A stretch of 64,000 bases of DNA from Syntrophales bacterium (GTDB lineage Bacteria > Desulfobacterota > Syntrophia > Syntrophales > UBA2210): NCBI GenBank assembly GCA_963662405.2, contig CAXXKT010000003.1:384001-448000 (forward strand), read 5' to 3'. This document shows positions 8,048-18,723 of this stretch, piece by piece (position 1 is the first letter of the stretch; every line of letters starts with the position of its first letter). A program made the position numbers and the translations under genes. The notes under the pieces are model-generated. The model saw only the letters and a program-made list of their open reading frames with translations. It did no database searches and had not been told where the DNA came from.

Positions 8048-10816
8048 ATGAAAAAGCAAGAAATACCCAAAAACCCACAGGCCAAAACCGGCAATAATGT
8101 CCGTAAAAAAACACCTCCTCCGCAATCGGATGACTCTCTCGGCGCTCTTCACCACTTCCCCATTGTGGGTATCGGCGCTTCCGCCGGCGGGCTTGAGGCC
8201 CTGGAAGTGTTCCTGAGAAACGTGCCGGTGAAGAGCGGCATGGCCTTTGCCATCGTCCAGCACCTGGACCCGACACGCAAGGGCATCATGGCGGAGCTGC
8301 TTCAGCGCTCCACCCCCATGCCGGTGGTTCAGATCAGGGATCGAATGAAGGTCGAGCCGGATCACGTCTATGTCATCCCCCCCAACCGGGACCTGTCCAT
8401 CCTGCACGGGATTCTGCACCTCCTCGAACCAACGACGCCCCGAGGTCTCCGTCTGCCCATCGATTTCTTTTTCCGTTCCCTGGCGGATGACCTGCTGGAC
8501 AAAAGCATCGGCGTCATCCTTTCGGGCATGGGCTCCGACGGCACGCTGGGTCTCCGGGCCATGAAGGAAAAGGCCGGGGTGGTTTTTGTTCAGGAACCGG
8601 CCTCGGCCAAGTTCGACGGCATGCCCCGAAGCGCCATTGACGCGGGACTGGCCGACGTCGTCGCCCCGGTGGAGGAACTACCCGGCAGGATCATTGCCTA
8701 TCTCAATCACATGCCCCTCAGAGCCGCCCGGACTGACCAGCCCCTGGAGGGTAAAACCCAGAGCGCCCTGGAGAAGGTCTTGATCCTCCTCCGAACACAG
8801 ACCGGACATGATTTCTCTCTGTACAAGAAAAGCACCGTTTACCGCCGGATCGAGAGGCGCATAGGCCTCCACCAAGTGGACGGAATCGCGACCTACGTCC
8901 GGTATCTGCGGGAGAATCCCCAGGAAGCGGAACTCCTCTTCAAGGAGCTTCTGATCGGCGTGACCAGATTTTTCCGTGATCCGGAGGCGTGGGAGTACCT
9001 TAAGGGGAAGATTATTCCGCAGCTTCTGGCGGCCCTCCCCGCCGGCGGGGTAATTCGTGCCTGGACGCCCGGTTGCTCCACCGGTGAGGAGGCCTATTCC
9101 CTTGCCATTATCTTTAAGGAGGCGCTGGAACAGGTAAAGCCGGCCGGCAGCTTTTCCCTCCAGATCTTTGCCACCGACCTGGATAAGGACGCCATCGACA
9201 AGGCCCGCAGGGGCATCTATCCGGCCAACATTACGGCCGACGTCTCGATGGAGCGGCTGCGCCGTTTCTTCATTCAGGAAGAGAGAGGCTACCAGGTGGG
9301 AAAGGAGATCCGTGAGATGGTGATCTTAGCCTCCCAGAATGTCATTATGGACCCGCCCTTTACGAAACTCGACATCCTGGTCTGCCGGAACCTCATGATT
9401 TATCTGTCCATGGAACTCCAGAAAAAGCTCCTGCCGCTCTTTCACTACAGCCTGAACCCAAGCGGCATTCTGTTTCTCGGGAGCGCTGAGACCATCGGCA
9501 CCTTTACCGATCTTTTCAGCCCGCTGGATCGCAAGGCGCGGCTCTACCGCAGGCTCGATTACGCCATTGGTACCGAGCCGGTTGAGTTCCCCCCCTCTTT
9601 TTTCCCCGCTGTAGCCGCGACGCCCGGACAGGTCACAGCTCCCAAGCCGGTTCCCAACCTGCAGACGCTGGCTGATCAACTGCTCCTCTCTCACTATACC
9701 CCGGCTGCCGTGCTGACGAGCGACAAGGGCGACATCCTCTACGTCAGCGGGCGGACGGGGAAATATCTTGAGCCGGCGGCCGGCAAGGCCAACTGGAACA
9801 TCTTCGCCATGGCCCGCGAAGAGATGAGCTACGATCTGACGGGCGCCTTCCAGAAGGCGCTCCGTCAGCAGGATGCCGTCACTCTGAAGGGCGTGCAGGT
9901 AAGGAACAACGGCGGGGTGCAGGCGGTGGACGTCACCCTTCAGCACATCACCACGCCGGAGGCCCTTCGAGGGACGGTCATGATCGTTTTCAAGGACGTG
10001 GCCGCTCCTCCCGAAAGGATGGCGACGGGCAAGCCCGTCAGGGCTTCATCACGCAGTACCCGGGTGGCGGAGCTGGAACTGGAGCTTGAGCAGGTTCGGC
10101 ATGAGTTGCAGACCACCCGCGAAGATATGCAGACCTCCCGCGAGGAACTCAAGTCCGCCAACGAGGAACTGCAGAGCACCAATGAAGAGTTGCAGAGCAC
10201 CAACGAGGAGCTGACCACCTCCAAGGAAGAGATGCAGTCCATGAACGAAGAGCTGCAGACGGTCAACAACGAGTTGCAGGCCAAAGTGGACGAATTGTCC
10301 CTGGCCGGCAACGACATGAAAAACCTCCTCGACAGCACGGACATCGCCACCCTGTTTCTGGACGAATCACTCAACGTGCGGCGCTTTACCAGCCGGACGT
10401 CTCAGATCATCAATCTGATCCCCGGCGACATTGGGCGGCCTATCACCGACATTGCCTCTGATATGATCTATGACGAACTGGCCGGGGATGCGAGGGAGGT
10501 GCTCCGGTCCCTGGTCTCCATAGAAAAGCCGGTCGGCGGCGACGGGCGCTGGTTTCTGGTCCGCATCATGCCCTACCGCACCCTGGATAACCGTATTGAC
10601 GGCGTGGTGATCACCTTTACGGACATCACCGTTTCCAAAAAGCTGGAGGCGCAACTGCGCAAAACACAGGCCGCTCTGGAAAAACGGATCGTGGAACAGA
10701 ATGCTGACCTGGAGGAGCGGTCCGAAGATCGTTTCCGTGCGGAAGGAAAACGCGGACAAAGCGCGAAGACCGCCGGAGCAGCCCGGTCACGGCAAAAGAA
10801 AGGGGAAACGCCATGA
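8048..10816 (+). CDS. CheB methylesterase-CheR methyltransferase-coiled coil-PAS fusion
   Basis: GASAGG, VQHL, GMGSDG (CheB triad); GCSTGEEAYS (CheR); NEELQS repeats; PAS. Confidence 0.93.
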   Translation: MKKQEIPKNPQAKTGNNVRKKTPPPQSDDSLGALHHFPIVGIGASAGGLEALEVFLRNVPVKSGMAFAIVQHLDPTRKGIMAELLQRSTPMPVVQIRDRMKVEPDHVYVIPPNRDLSILHGILHLLEPTTPRGLRLPIDFFFRSLADDLLDKSIGVILSGMGSDGTLGLRAMKEKAGVVFVQEPASAKFDGMPRSAIDAGLADVVAPVEELPGRIIAYLNHMPLRAARTDQPLEGKTQSALEKVLILLRTQTGHDFSLYKKSTVYRRIERRIGLHQVDGIATYVRYLRENPQEAELLFKELLIGVTRFFRDPEAWEYLKGKIIPQLLAALPAGGVIRAWTPGCSTGEEAYSLAIIFKEALEQVKPAGSFSLQIFATDLDKDAIDKARRGIYPANITADVSMERLRRFFIQEERGYQVGKEIREMVILASQNVIMDPPFTKLDILVCRNLMIYLSMELQKKLLPLFHYSLNPSGILFLGSAETIGTFTDLFSPLDRKARLYRRLDYAIGTEPVEFPPSFFPAVAATPGQVTAPKPVPNLQTLADQLLLSHYTPAAVLTSDKGDILYVSGRTGKYLEPAAGKANWNIFAMAREEMSYDLTGAFQKALRQQDAVTLKGVQVRNNGGVQAVDVTLQHITTPEALRGTVMIVFKDVAAPPERMATGKPVRASSRSTRVAELELELEQVRHELQTTREDMQTSREELKSANEELQSTNEELQSTNEELTTSKEEMQSMNEELQTVNNELQAKVDELSLAGNDMKNLLDSTDIATLFLDESLNVRRFTSRTSQIINLIPGDIGRPITDIASDMIYDELAGDAREVLRSLVSIEKPVGGDGRWFLVRIMPYRTLDNRIDGVVITFTDITVSKKLEAQLRKTQAALEKRIVEQNADLEERSEDRFRAEGKRGQSAKTAGAARSRQKKGETP

Positions 10817-12630
10817 AAAAAAACCCTGTCCCTCCGGCGGATGCCGCACGGTTGCGCCGCCTGGCGGAAGAGCGGCTGAAAAAAAATCAGCGACTTGGGG
10901 CCGGGAAATATGCGACACCTCTTTCGGCGGATAAAACACAACGGCTCTTCCAGGAACTGCAGATCCACCAGATCGAGCTTGAGATGCAGAATGAGGAGCT
11001 GCGTCTCGCACAGAGAGACCTTGAAGCTTCACGGGCGCGGTATTTCGACCTCTATGACCTGGCGCCGGTGGGCTATTTTACTATCAGCGAGGCGGGGCTT
11101 ACCCTGGAGGCCAATCTCACCGCCGCTACCATGTTGAGCCTGGCGAGAGGAGCCATGCTCAATCAGCCGTTGACACGCTTGATCCTCCCCGAGGACCGGG
11201 ACATCTGCTCCCAGTGCCTTAAATTGCTTTTTAAAACGGGCGCGCCGCAGATGTGCGAACTGCGGATGGTGAAAAAAGACTCTGCACCCTTCTGGGCGCA
11301 GATGGAGACTCGCTTGGGGCAGAACGCCGAGGACGCTCCCATATGCCGCGTTGCAGTGAGTGATATCACCGTCCGCAAGCGTGTGGAGGCGGAGCTGCAA
11401 CAGTTGAACGATGAACTGGAACATCGTGTGAGAGAGCGGACTGAGGAATTGATGCGGGCCAACGAGGAACTGCGGATGGATATCATCAACCGCAAGCGGA
11501 TGGAGAAGATATTGTACCGAACGGAAGAGAACTTCCGCAGTTCTCAGGAAAACTCGCCTCTGGGTATACGCATCATGACCGAAGAAGGCGAGACCATTTA
11601 TGCCAATCGGGCTATTCTGGATATCCATGGGTACGACAGCATCGATGAACTGAAAGCAACACCTGTCATAAAACGCTATACTCCGGAGAGTTTTGCCGAG
11701 GTCCAGATACGAAGGGGAAAAAGAAAACGAGGTGAAAATGGGCCGGGTGAATACGAAATTCGCATCGTACGGAAAGACGGTGCAATCCGCCATCTCCAGG
11801 TCTTCCGCAAAGAAGTGCTCTGGGATGGTGAAAGACAGTTTCAGGTAACCTGCCAGGACATCACCGAGCGCAAGCGGGCGGAAAAGGAAGTTGCCAAAAC
11901 CTTGCACCAATTGCAGGAAACAAGAGACATGCTGATCCAGTCCGAAAAACACGCGGCTGTCGGGCGCCTGGCAGCCGGTGTCGCCCATGAAATTCTCAAT
12001 CCTGTGAGCATCATCTCCTCACGACTTCAATTTCTGGAAGAACAAAATCTTTCGGATCAGGCCCTGGAAAACGTGAGAGTCAGCCGGGAACAGCTTCAGA
12101 GAATTGTCAAGATCAGCCATGATTTGTTTCAATCCTCAGCTAAAAAGACAAGGGCGCTTGTTGGCGGCGACCTCCGCAGAGTCATCGAAGTGGGTCTGCA
12201 AATGACGGAGCGCAGGAGGAAAGAGGATAATGTCCAGACCGAATACAATCCCCTGCCGGAGACCATCCCCGTCAAAATGGAAACGGACAGCATGGTGAAG
12301 GTTGTCGTTCATCTTATCCTCAACGCCTGTGATGCGATGACAGGGAACAATTCGAAACGACTGATTGTTGCCACACATCATCCGGAAGTTGTTTCGACGA
12401 AACCATCCGTCCGTCTGATTTTCGCCGACAACGGTCACGGTATCCCTGCGGGAGATTTTAACAAGATTTTCGATCCGTTCTTTACCACCAAAGCCCCAGG
12501 CAAAGGGACGGGACTGGGTCTGTCTGTCTGCAATGGAATCATCCAGGAACACGGAGGCACGATTCGAGCGGAAAGCAATGACGTAGGGGGGGCATCCTTT
12601 GTCGTGGAATTGCCTCTTTTCTATCCATGA
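10813..12630 (+). CDS. PAS-domain sensor histidine kinase
   Basis: AHEILNP H box, N box, DNGHG, FDPFFTTK, GTGLGL. Confidence 0.93.
   Translation: MKKNPVPPADAARLRRLAEERLKKNQRLGAGKYATPLSADKTQRLFQELQIHQIELEMQNEELRLAQRDLEASRARYFDLYDLAPVGYFTISEAGLTLEANLTAATMLSLARGAMLNQPLTRLILPEDRDICSQCLKLLFKTGAPQMCELRMVKKDSAPFWAQMETRLGQNAEDAPICRVAVSDITVRKRVEAELQQLNDELEHRVRERTEELMRANEELRMDIINRKRMEKILYRTEENFRSSQENSPLGIRIMTEEGETIYANRAILDIHGYDSIDELKATPVIKRYTPESFAEVQIRRGKRKRGENGPGEYEIRIVRKDGAIRHLQVFRKEVLWDGERQFQVTCQDITERKRAEKEVAKTLHQLQETRDMLIQSEKHAAVGRLAAGVAHEILNPVSIISSRLQFLEEQNLSDQALENVRVSREQLQRIVKISHDLFQSSAKKTRALVGGDLRRVIEVGLQMTERRRKEDNVQTEYNPLPETIPVKMETDSMVKVVVHLILNACDAMTGNNSKRLIVATHHPEVVSTKPSVRLIFADNGHGIPAGDFNKIFDPFFTTKAPGKGTGLGLSVCNGIIQEHGGTIRAESNDVGGASFVVELPLFYP
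10971..11075 (+). repeat. 105-bp direct repeat, copy 1 (copy 2 at 30418-30522)
   Basis: Identical except one mismatch. Confidence 0.9.
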
Positions 12631-12638
12631 AGTTATAG

Positions 12639-12654
12639 AGGCACGATTCATGCA
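12639..12654 (+). promoter_or_regulatory. candidate sigma-54 (-24/-12) promoter
   Basis: AGGCACGATTCATGCA, GG-N10-GC, upstream of the first gas vesicle-associated operon. Confidence 0.5.
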
Positions 12655-12826
12655 ATTTAGTGGGAAGTCATCATGACTGCGTTAAGGGAAAAACCGGCGG
12701 TAAGTGACGGTATACGGAAGATAATCATGCTGATGCGGTTTTGAATAATCTTGACTTACCGGAATTGATTCCATACAATTGAGGAACTGCTTCCCTGGAA
12801 ATTATCCCATATTGGGAGGATGCCCC

Positions 12827-13462
12827 GTGGAGAAAGCCATAGCATCAAGAACCCTCCTACACATTCCCATCGTCCACAGCCAGTCGGATATGGGCACTCT
12901 GAGTGAGTCTTTCCGCAAGATCACCCTGCAAAAGCTCGGCGCGCGGGTCTGGCATCAGAAAGTAAATCTGGTCGATCGTTTCTGGACCATGGTTGAAGAT
13001 GCCCTGAACAGCCTTTCTATTGTCTATGAACAGACCCGCCTGTATCAGGATGGCGTCCCTGTCTGTGGCAAAGAATTGGACATTGTCAAGGAGCTGGCAA
13101 AGAAGGGCAGTCTGAATCACCAACTTCTGGTTCGCCTCATCGAAAAGGGCGCAACCATCATGGGAACGGAATCTCCGGACTTGCTGATTGAAGAATACCA
13201 GCTCACCCATCTCATTCTTGAATCCGGAGATCTAAAAGAAGCGATTCGAATGGAAGACAAGCAGAAGGCAGCCAGCAACCTCTTGCTTACCAAACGGGAT
13301 GCATTTATTGCCGCGAGAATCGATCATACCCTTTCATCCGGAGAGACAGGCATCCTGTTTCTGGGCATGCTGCACAACATAGCCGGTCTGCTGCCGGCGG
13401 ATATAACGATATCTTATCCCATAACCCGTACCTTTGATAAAAAGGAAAATCAATATGGCTGA
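12827..13462 (+). CDS. conserved hypothetical protein of gas vesicle cluster (possibly GvpY-like)
   Basis: GGAGG RBS; overlaps the regulator start; position next to gvrA-like gene. Confidence 0.6.
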   Translation: MEKAIASRTLLHIPIVHSQSDMGTLSESFRKITLQKLGARVWHQKVNLVDRFWTMVEDALNSLSIVYEQTRLYQDGVPVCGKELDIVKELAKKGSLNHQLLVRLIEKGATIMGTESPDLLIEEYQLTHLILESGDLKEAIRMEDKQKAASNLLLTKRDAFIAARIDHTLSSGETGILFLGMLHNIAGLLPADITISYPITRTFDKKENQYG

Positions 13463-14876
13463 GCATACTCCCTGCGTCCTTGTCGTCGATGATGAAAAAG
13501 AAATCCGGAAGATCCTGAGCAACATCCTGGAAAAAGAAGGTCTCAAGGTCATCACTGCATCCGATGCTAAACAGGCCATGGAGAAAATCTGTTTTGACAC
13601 CCCGGACGCCGTGCTGCTGGATATACGCATGCCGGGCCAGAGCGGCATGGATGTCCTCAAAACAATCAGGGCGATAGATGACTATCTTCCGGTAGTACTG
13701 ATTACGGCCTATGCGAATACCCATCAAGCCGTAGAAGCGATGAAGGAAGGGGCCTACGATTATCTTGCCAAACCTTTCGACAACAAAGAGGTCGTCTGGA
13801 TTACCTGCCGCGCTCTGGCGGAAGGGAAATTACGAAAAAATCTCAAATCCGTAAATGATCGTAATAAAGGAAACTTCAGTCTTATCGAGAGTATGGGACC
13901 AAGCGACAGCATTGGCTACCTCGCGGCCGATGTTCACCGGGTTGCAAAGTCGGACTTTTCCGTGATCATCATGGGCGAAACGGGTTCAGGCAAGGAACTT
14001 GTCGCGAGGGCGATTCACGGGGACAGTGCCCGGGCGGGAGCTCCCTTTATGCCGGTGGATTGCGGGGCCATCCCTGAGAACCTCCTGGAGAGCGAACTGT
14101 TTGGTCATGAGAAGGGATCATTTACCGGGGCGGACCGTCAAAAGGCGGGCAAGCTCGAATTGGCCCATGGCGGCACCCTTTTCTTGGATGAGATCGGGAA
14201 CATGCCGCTCGGCTCCCAGGCAAAAGTACTCCGGGTCACCCAGGAACGGAAGCTCTATCGGGTGGGAGGAAACAATCCCATACCGGTTGATGTCCGGCTC
14301 ATTGTGGCCACCAACCAGGACCTGCTTGACATGGCGTCAAACGGTACATTCAGAAAAGATCTCTATTACCGCCTGAGTGAATTTACCATCTGTGTGCCGC
14401 CCCTCCGAGAGCGCAAAGACGATATCCCCTATCTTGCCAAACGTTTTCTGGATATGGCCAACATCGAGCTGAACAAGATGATCGCCGGCTTTACCGACGC
14501 AACGGTAGAGGCGTTGATGGAGTACAATTGGCCGGGGAATGTCCGCCAGATCCGGTCGGTTATCAGGCGGGCCACTTTGGTAGCGAAAGACGAGATCACT
14601 GAAAAGGATCTCGGCATCACACGGTCTGAGGTGCCCGGACTTGCCTTTTCCCCGAGGATTCAGGGAATTCCCTGGAAAAACGCATCTCTTCGCGAGATTG
14701 TCCAGCAGAGCGTTGTTGCCGTGGAGAAGGCGGTACTGAAGGAAGTCCTGCGCTTCACGGGCGGAAACAAGGCCAGGGCGGCAAGATTGCTGCAGGTGGA
14801 TTATAAAACTGTCCATACGAAGGTAAAAAAATTCGGCATCCAACAGAATGGAGAAAGCCATGGCGACAAAGCGTAA
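13455..14876 (+). CDS. NtrC-family sigma-54 response regulator (GvrA-like)
   Basis: Receiver, GETGSGKE, ESELFGHEKGSFTGA, Fis-type HTH. Confidence 0.93.
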   Translation: MAEHTPCVLVVDDEKEIRKILSNILEKEGLKVITASDAKQAMEKICFDTPDAVLLDIRMPGQSGMDVLKTIRAIDDYLPVVLITAYANTHQAVEAMKEGAYDYLAKPFDNKEVVWITCRALAEGKLRKNLKSVNDRNKGNFSLIESMGPSDSIGYLAADVHRVAKSDFSVIIMGETGSGKELVARAIHGDSARAGAPFMPVDCGAIPENLLESELFGHEKGSFTGADRQKAGKLELAHGGTLFLDEIGNMPLGSQAKVLRVTQERKLYRVGGNNPIPVDVRLIVATNQDLLDMASNGTFRKDLYYRLSEFTICVPPLRERKDDIPYLAKRFLDMANIELNKMIAGFTDATVEALMEYNWPGNVRQIRSVIRRATLVAKDEITEKDLGITRSEVPGLAFSPRIQGIPWKNASLREIVQQSVVAVEKAVLKEVLRFTGGNKARAARLLQVDYKTVHTKVKKFGIQQNGESHGDKA

Positions 14877-15558
14877 GTCAGCCGGCAAGAAGCCGGACGA
14901 AGGTTTGGGAGATCTCGGGGGAGGCATTTTCAGCAGTTTGTCGGGCTTTATAAATAATTTAGGAGAACTGGCCGAAGCGGGAGAACGCCTTTCTCGGCGC
15001 CGTGCGGCAAAGCAGGACCGTGGGGACAAAGTGGACGCCGGAAACCGGGAGCCGACGGAAGGCGAGAATCGTTTCGGTCGCATACTGAGCGGTCTGACCG
15101 ACATTGCCGAAAAACTCAGCGAGATCTCGGAGAAAGGGGAAACCGTCACTAAAAAGGGGGAATTCACGGTCCCGTCCAAAGAAGGCGGTGTCAAGGGAGT
15201 CTACGGTTTCAGCCTGAAAACAGGCCTCGGCGGGAAGGATGATGCCATCAAAGTGGAGCCCTTCGGCAATATCCGCAAGGACAAAAAAACCGGCGAAGCG
15301 GTGGTTCAGGAGATCCATGAACCCCTCATTGATGTCTTCGAAGACGAGAACGCAACGACTCTGATCGCGGAAATGCCCGGTGTGGGGCCGGATGATATAA
15401 AAATCGATGTCCGGGATGATGTCCTGACGATTTCAGCCGACAAGGGGGAGAAGAAATACCGGAAAGAAATCCTCCTGCGTCATTCCCCCGCCAAAGACAG
15501 GATCAAGGTGACTTGCAACAACGGTATTGTGACCATCCGCTGTGAAAAAACGGGATAA
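14860..15558 (+). CDS. Hsp20/alpha-crystallin family gas vesicle protein (GvpH-like)
   Basis: EPLIDVFED..AEMPGV..NNGIVTI alpha-crystallin domain; gvp context. Confidence 0.8.
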   Translation: MATKRKSAGKKPDEGLGDLGGGIFSSLSGFINNLGELAEAGERLSRRRAAKQDRGDKVDAGNREPTEGENRFGRILSGLTDIAEKLSEISEKGETVTKKGEFTVPSKEGGVKGVYGFSLKTGLGGKDDAIKVEPFGNIRKDKKTGEAVVQEIHEPLIDVFEDENATTLIAEMPGVGPDDIKIDVRDDVLTISADKGEKKYRKEILLRHSPAKDRIKVTCNNGIVTIRCEKTG

Positions 15559-15575
15559 ACAACAGGTGAGAATCC

Positions 15576-17714
15576 ATGAAAGAGAATGAAAAACCGTTTA
15601 TCAAGCTGAAGGTGACGGAAGCCCTGACCAAGGATGTCGGTCGCGCCCTCGCCAGGATGGGGCCGGAAGACCTCGAACGACTTCAAGCCGCCGTCGGAGA
15701 TACGGTGGAAGTCGAGGGAAAACGCAAGGCCCTCTGCAAGGTCATGCCTGCCTATCAGGAAATCCGTGGTCAATTGCGGGTCCAACTCGACGGCCTGACC
15801 AGAGAGAACGCCGGTGTCGGTCTCGATGAAACGGTGAAAATCAGCAAGATGACCTGCCGTCCGGCGGAACGGATCACCCTGACACCGACCAATGTCACCC
15901 CGGCGGAGCGGGATCTGCAATACATCGGGAGTCTTCTGGACGGTCTGCCGGTCATGGAGGGGGCAAAGATCCAAGCAGCCCTCTTCGGTAGCCGCGCCGC
16001 CTTCTTCAAGGTCGAAGCCGTGACGCCCAAAGGGCCGGTTATCATCAATCCGGCCACCATCCTCGTCATCGGCAAGTCCCAGGGAGAAGGAGCAGAGGGC
16101 GGCCGAACCCTCGCCTATGAAGACATCGGAGGCCTGAAATCCCAGCTCCTGCGGATCCGGGAGATGATCGAACTGCCCCTGCGTTATCCCGAGGTTTTTG
16201 AACGCCTCGGGATCGAAGCGCCTAAGGGCGTCCTCCTCTACGGCCCTCCCGGCTGCGGGAAGACCCTCATCGCCAGGGCCATCGCCCACGAGACGGAGGC
16301 CAGTTTCTTTTCCGTCAGCGGACCGGAGATCATCCACAAGTTTTACGGCGAGAGCGAGGCCCATCTCCGAAAAATCTTCGAAGAGGCGTCCCGGAAGGGA
16401 CCGAGCATCCTGTTCCTCGACGAGATCGACGCCATCGCCCCCCGCAGGGAAAACGTCGTAGGGGATGTGGAAAAGCGGGTTGTCGCCCAGCTTCTCGCCC
16501 TGATGGACGGCCTTAACAAAAGGCAGAACGTGATTGTCATTGCCGCTACTAACATCCCCAATGCCCTCGACCCGGCCCTGCGGCGTCCGGGCCGGTTCGA
16601 CCGGGAGATCGTCATTCCGATCCCGGACCGGCGCGGCCGTCTAGAGATCCTTGAGATTCACAGTCAGGGGATGCCCCTGGCGGAAGACGTCCGAATGGAG
16701 TATCTTGCAGAAATCACGCATGGTTTTGTCGGCGCGGACCTGGAGGCCCTTTGCCGGGAAGCGGCCATGAGTTGTCTGCGCCAGATCATGGGGGAGATCG
16801 ATTTCGGCCAAACGGGGATTCCTTACGAAACCCTCTCGAAACTCGAGGTGCGCATGGAGGATTTTCTGGCTGCCCTCCGTGAGATTGAGCCCTCCGCCAT
16901 CCGGGAGGTGTTTGTCGAATCCCCCAATATCCACTGGGACGACGTGGGAGGAATGTCTTCCCTGAAGGAGCGCCTGATCGAGGCCGTGGAATGGCCCCTG
17001 AAGTTTCCCCACCTTTTTGAAAAAGGAGGCGTGACGCCGCCCAAGGGGATTCTCCTGGTCGGCCCTCCGGGATGCGGAAAAACCATGATGGCCAAGGCGA
17101 TTGCCACTGAGAGTCAGGTGAATTTCATCTCGGTTAAAGGGCCCGCCCTGATGTCGAAATGGGTCGGAGAATCTGAGAAGGGTATCCGGGAAATCTTTCA
17201 GAAGGCAAGGCAGGCGGCACCCTGCATCATCTTTTTCGACGAAATTGACTCTCTCGTACCGACCCGGAGCGCCGGGGCGTCGGATTCCCATGTCTCCGAA
17301 CGGATCCTCAGTCAGTTTCTTGCAGAGTTTGACGGCATCGACGAACTCAGAGGGGTCCTCGTTCTGGGGGCGACCAACCGCCTGGATATCCTGGATGCCG
17401 CGGTTCTCAGACCGGGCCGCTTCGACGATATCGTGGAAATGATAATGCCCAGCCGGGAAGACCGGGTGGAGATCTTTGACGTCCATTTTCGTCGGAAACC
17501 TCTGGCGGAGGATGTTCACAGTACGGAACTGGCGGAACGGACAGAGGGGTTCAGCGGGGCCGACATTGCAGCTGTCGTGCGGAAAGCTGCCATGATTGCG
17601 GTGCGCCGCGCTGTTTCGTCCATGGAGAAGGCCGGGGCCGGGGAACCTGACATCCTCATCCGGCGCCAGGATTTGGAGGACGCATTGGAAGAAGTCCGCA
17701 GGGGGATGGGATGA
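15576..17714 (+). CDS. CDC48/VCP-family AAA+ ATPase (GvpZ-like)
   Basis: CDC48 N domain and two AAA modules (GPPGCGKT x2, RPGRFD x2). Confidence 0.93.
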   Translation: MKENEKPFIKLKVTEALTKDVGRALARMGPEDLERLQAAVGDTVEVEGKRKALCKVMPAYQEIRGQLRVQLDGLTRENAGVGLDETVKISKMTCRPAERITLTPTNVTPAERDLQYIGSLLDGLPVMEGAKIQAALFGSRAAFFKVEAVTPKGPVIINPATILVIGKSQGEGAEGGRTLAYEDIGGLKSQLLRIREMIELPLRYPEVFERLGIEAPKGVLLYGPPGCGKTLIARAIAHETEASFFSVSGPEIIHKFYGESEAHLRKIFEEASRKGPSILFLDEIDAIAPRRENVVGDVEKRVVAQLLALMDGLNKRQNVIVIAATNIPNALDPALRRPGRFDREIVIPIPDRRGRLEILEIHSQGMPLAEDVRMEYLAEITHGFVGADLEALCREAAMSCLRQIMGEIDFGQTGIPYETLSKLEVRMEDFLAALREIEPSAIREVFVESPNIHWDDVGGMSSLKERLIEAVEWPLKFPHLFEKGGVTPPKGILLVGPPGCGKTMMAKAIATESQVNFISVKGPALMSKWVGESEKGIREIFQKARQAAPCIIFFDEIDSLVPTRSAGASDSHVSERILSQFLAEFDGIDELRGVLVLGATNRLDILDAAVLRPGRFDDIVEMIMPSREDRVEIFDVHFRRKPLAEDVHSTELAERTEGFSGADIAAVVRKAAMIAVRRAVSSMEKAGAGEPDILIRRQDLEDALEEVRRGMG

Positions 17715-18499
17715 ATCCGGGAATCTATCTTTTTTGTTTCACTCCGGCCGTTCCCCATCCGGAGATCTCAGGGACAGGGATCGACAGAGAACAGCCGCTT
17801 TTTGTCGAGGTCATCGGGGATGTTTCAGCCGTTCTTGCCACGGTTGATCTTGACGACTTCACCGGCCCCGAGTCCCAGGAGAAAATGGAAGATCTGAAGT
17901 GGGTGGCGCCCCGGGCGCTCTGCCATGAAGAGGTCATCCTGACTGTGATGGAGAAAGGTCCCGTGCTGCCCGTCCGTTTCGGAACGGTCTTTTCTTCGAT
18001 GGAAGCCCTGGCGGAGTCCCTGCGGGGGCATGCCGAAACGCTGGCGAAGTTTTTTCTTGACGCCGCCGATCGGAAGGAGTGGACGCTCCGGGGATACGTC
18101 AACATGCAACAGGCCCGATCGGATATTATGGCAGCTCGCATGGCTGCGGAAAAGGAGCAGCTTGCCGGAATGACCCCCGGCAGACGCTATTTTCAGGAGC
18201 AGAGGATCAAGGGGGCGGCAGACAAGGATGTGGCGTCCTGGCTGAAAGAGATGGGGAGAGACATCTTAAGCGTCGCTACGAAGATATCCGTAGGATTCAG
18301 TGAATGCCGTCTCCAGTCGAGAGATGTCACGGCAAGGGACGATGAGATGTTTTTCAACGGCGCCTTGCTCGTCCCCGACGCGTCCAGGGAGGACCTGCAG
18401 TGCCTGCTTTCCGACTGGAACGCCGCCCATCAGGACGCAGGACTCCTGCTTGAGCTTTCCGGCCCCTGGCCGCCATACCACTTTACCCCGACTCTTTGA
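17711..18499 (+). CDS. gvpF: GvpL/GvpF family gas vesicle protein
   Basis: VLPVRFGTVF and SGPWPPYHF motifs. Confidence 0.88.
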   Translation: MNPGIYLFCFTPAVPHPEISGTGIDREQPLFVEVIGDVSAVLATVDLDDFTGPESQEKMEDLKWVAPRALCHEEVILTVMEKGPVLPVRFGTVFSSMEALAESLRGHAETLAKFFLDAADRKEWTLRGYVNMQQARSDIMAARMAAEKEQLAGMTPGRRYFQEQRIKGAADKDVASWLKEMGRDILSVATKISVGFSECRLQSRDVTARDDEMFFNGALLVPDASREDLQCLLSDWNAAHQDAGLLLELSGPWPPYHFTPTL

Positions 18500-18723
18500 G
18501 AGGGATATGGTTCAATGAACTTAACCACTTCAGGAGAGTGACCTCACATGAACGATCCGATGCAAACCGACAGAGATCTGAACTTTCTGCTGTCCATTGA
18601 CGAAGATGATCTTAAGACGCTCCTGGTCCTTCTCCGGGAAAGAATCAAGAACATGAAGTAGCTGAATATTGTAATTCCGGTCATATATATCCCCGGAATG
18701 AATTGTAGGGATCAAGAGAGATC

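Noticed and set aside
10140..10280. Short tandem repeats (AACGAGGAACTGCAG-like)
   Set aside because: They encode the normal NEELQS coiled coil of CheB/CheR fusions
8048..10816. Chemotaxis operon
   Set aside because: No CheA, CheW or MCP; this is the stand-alone CheBR signalling type
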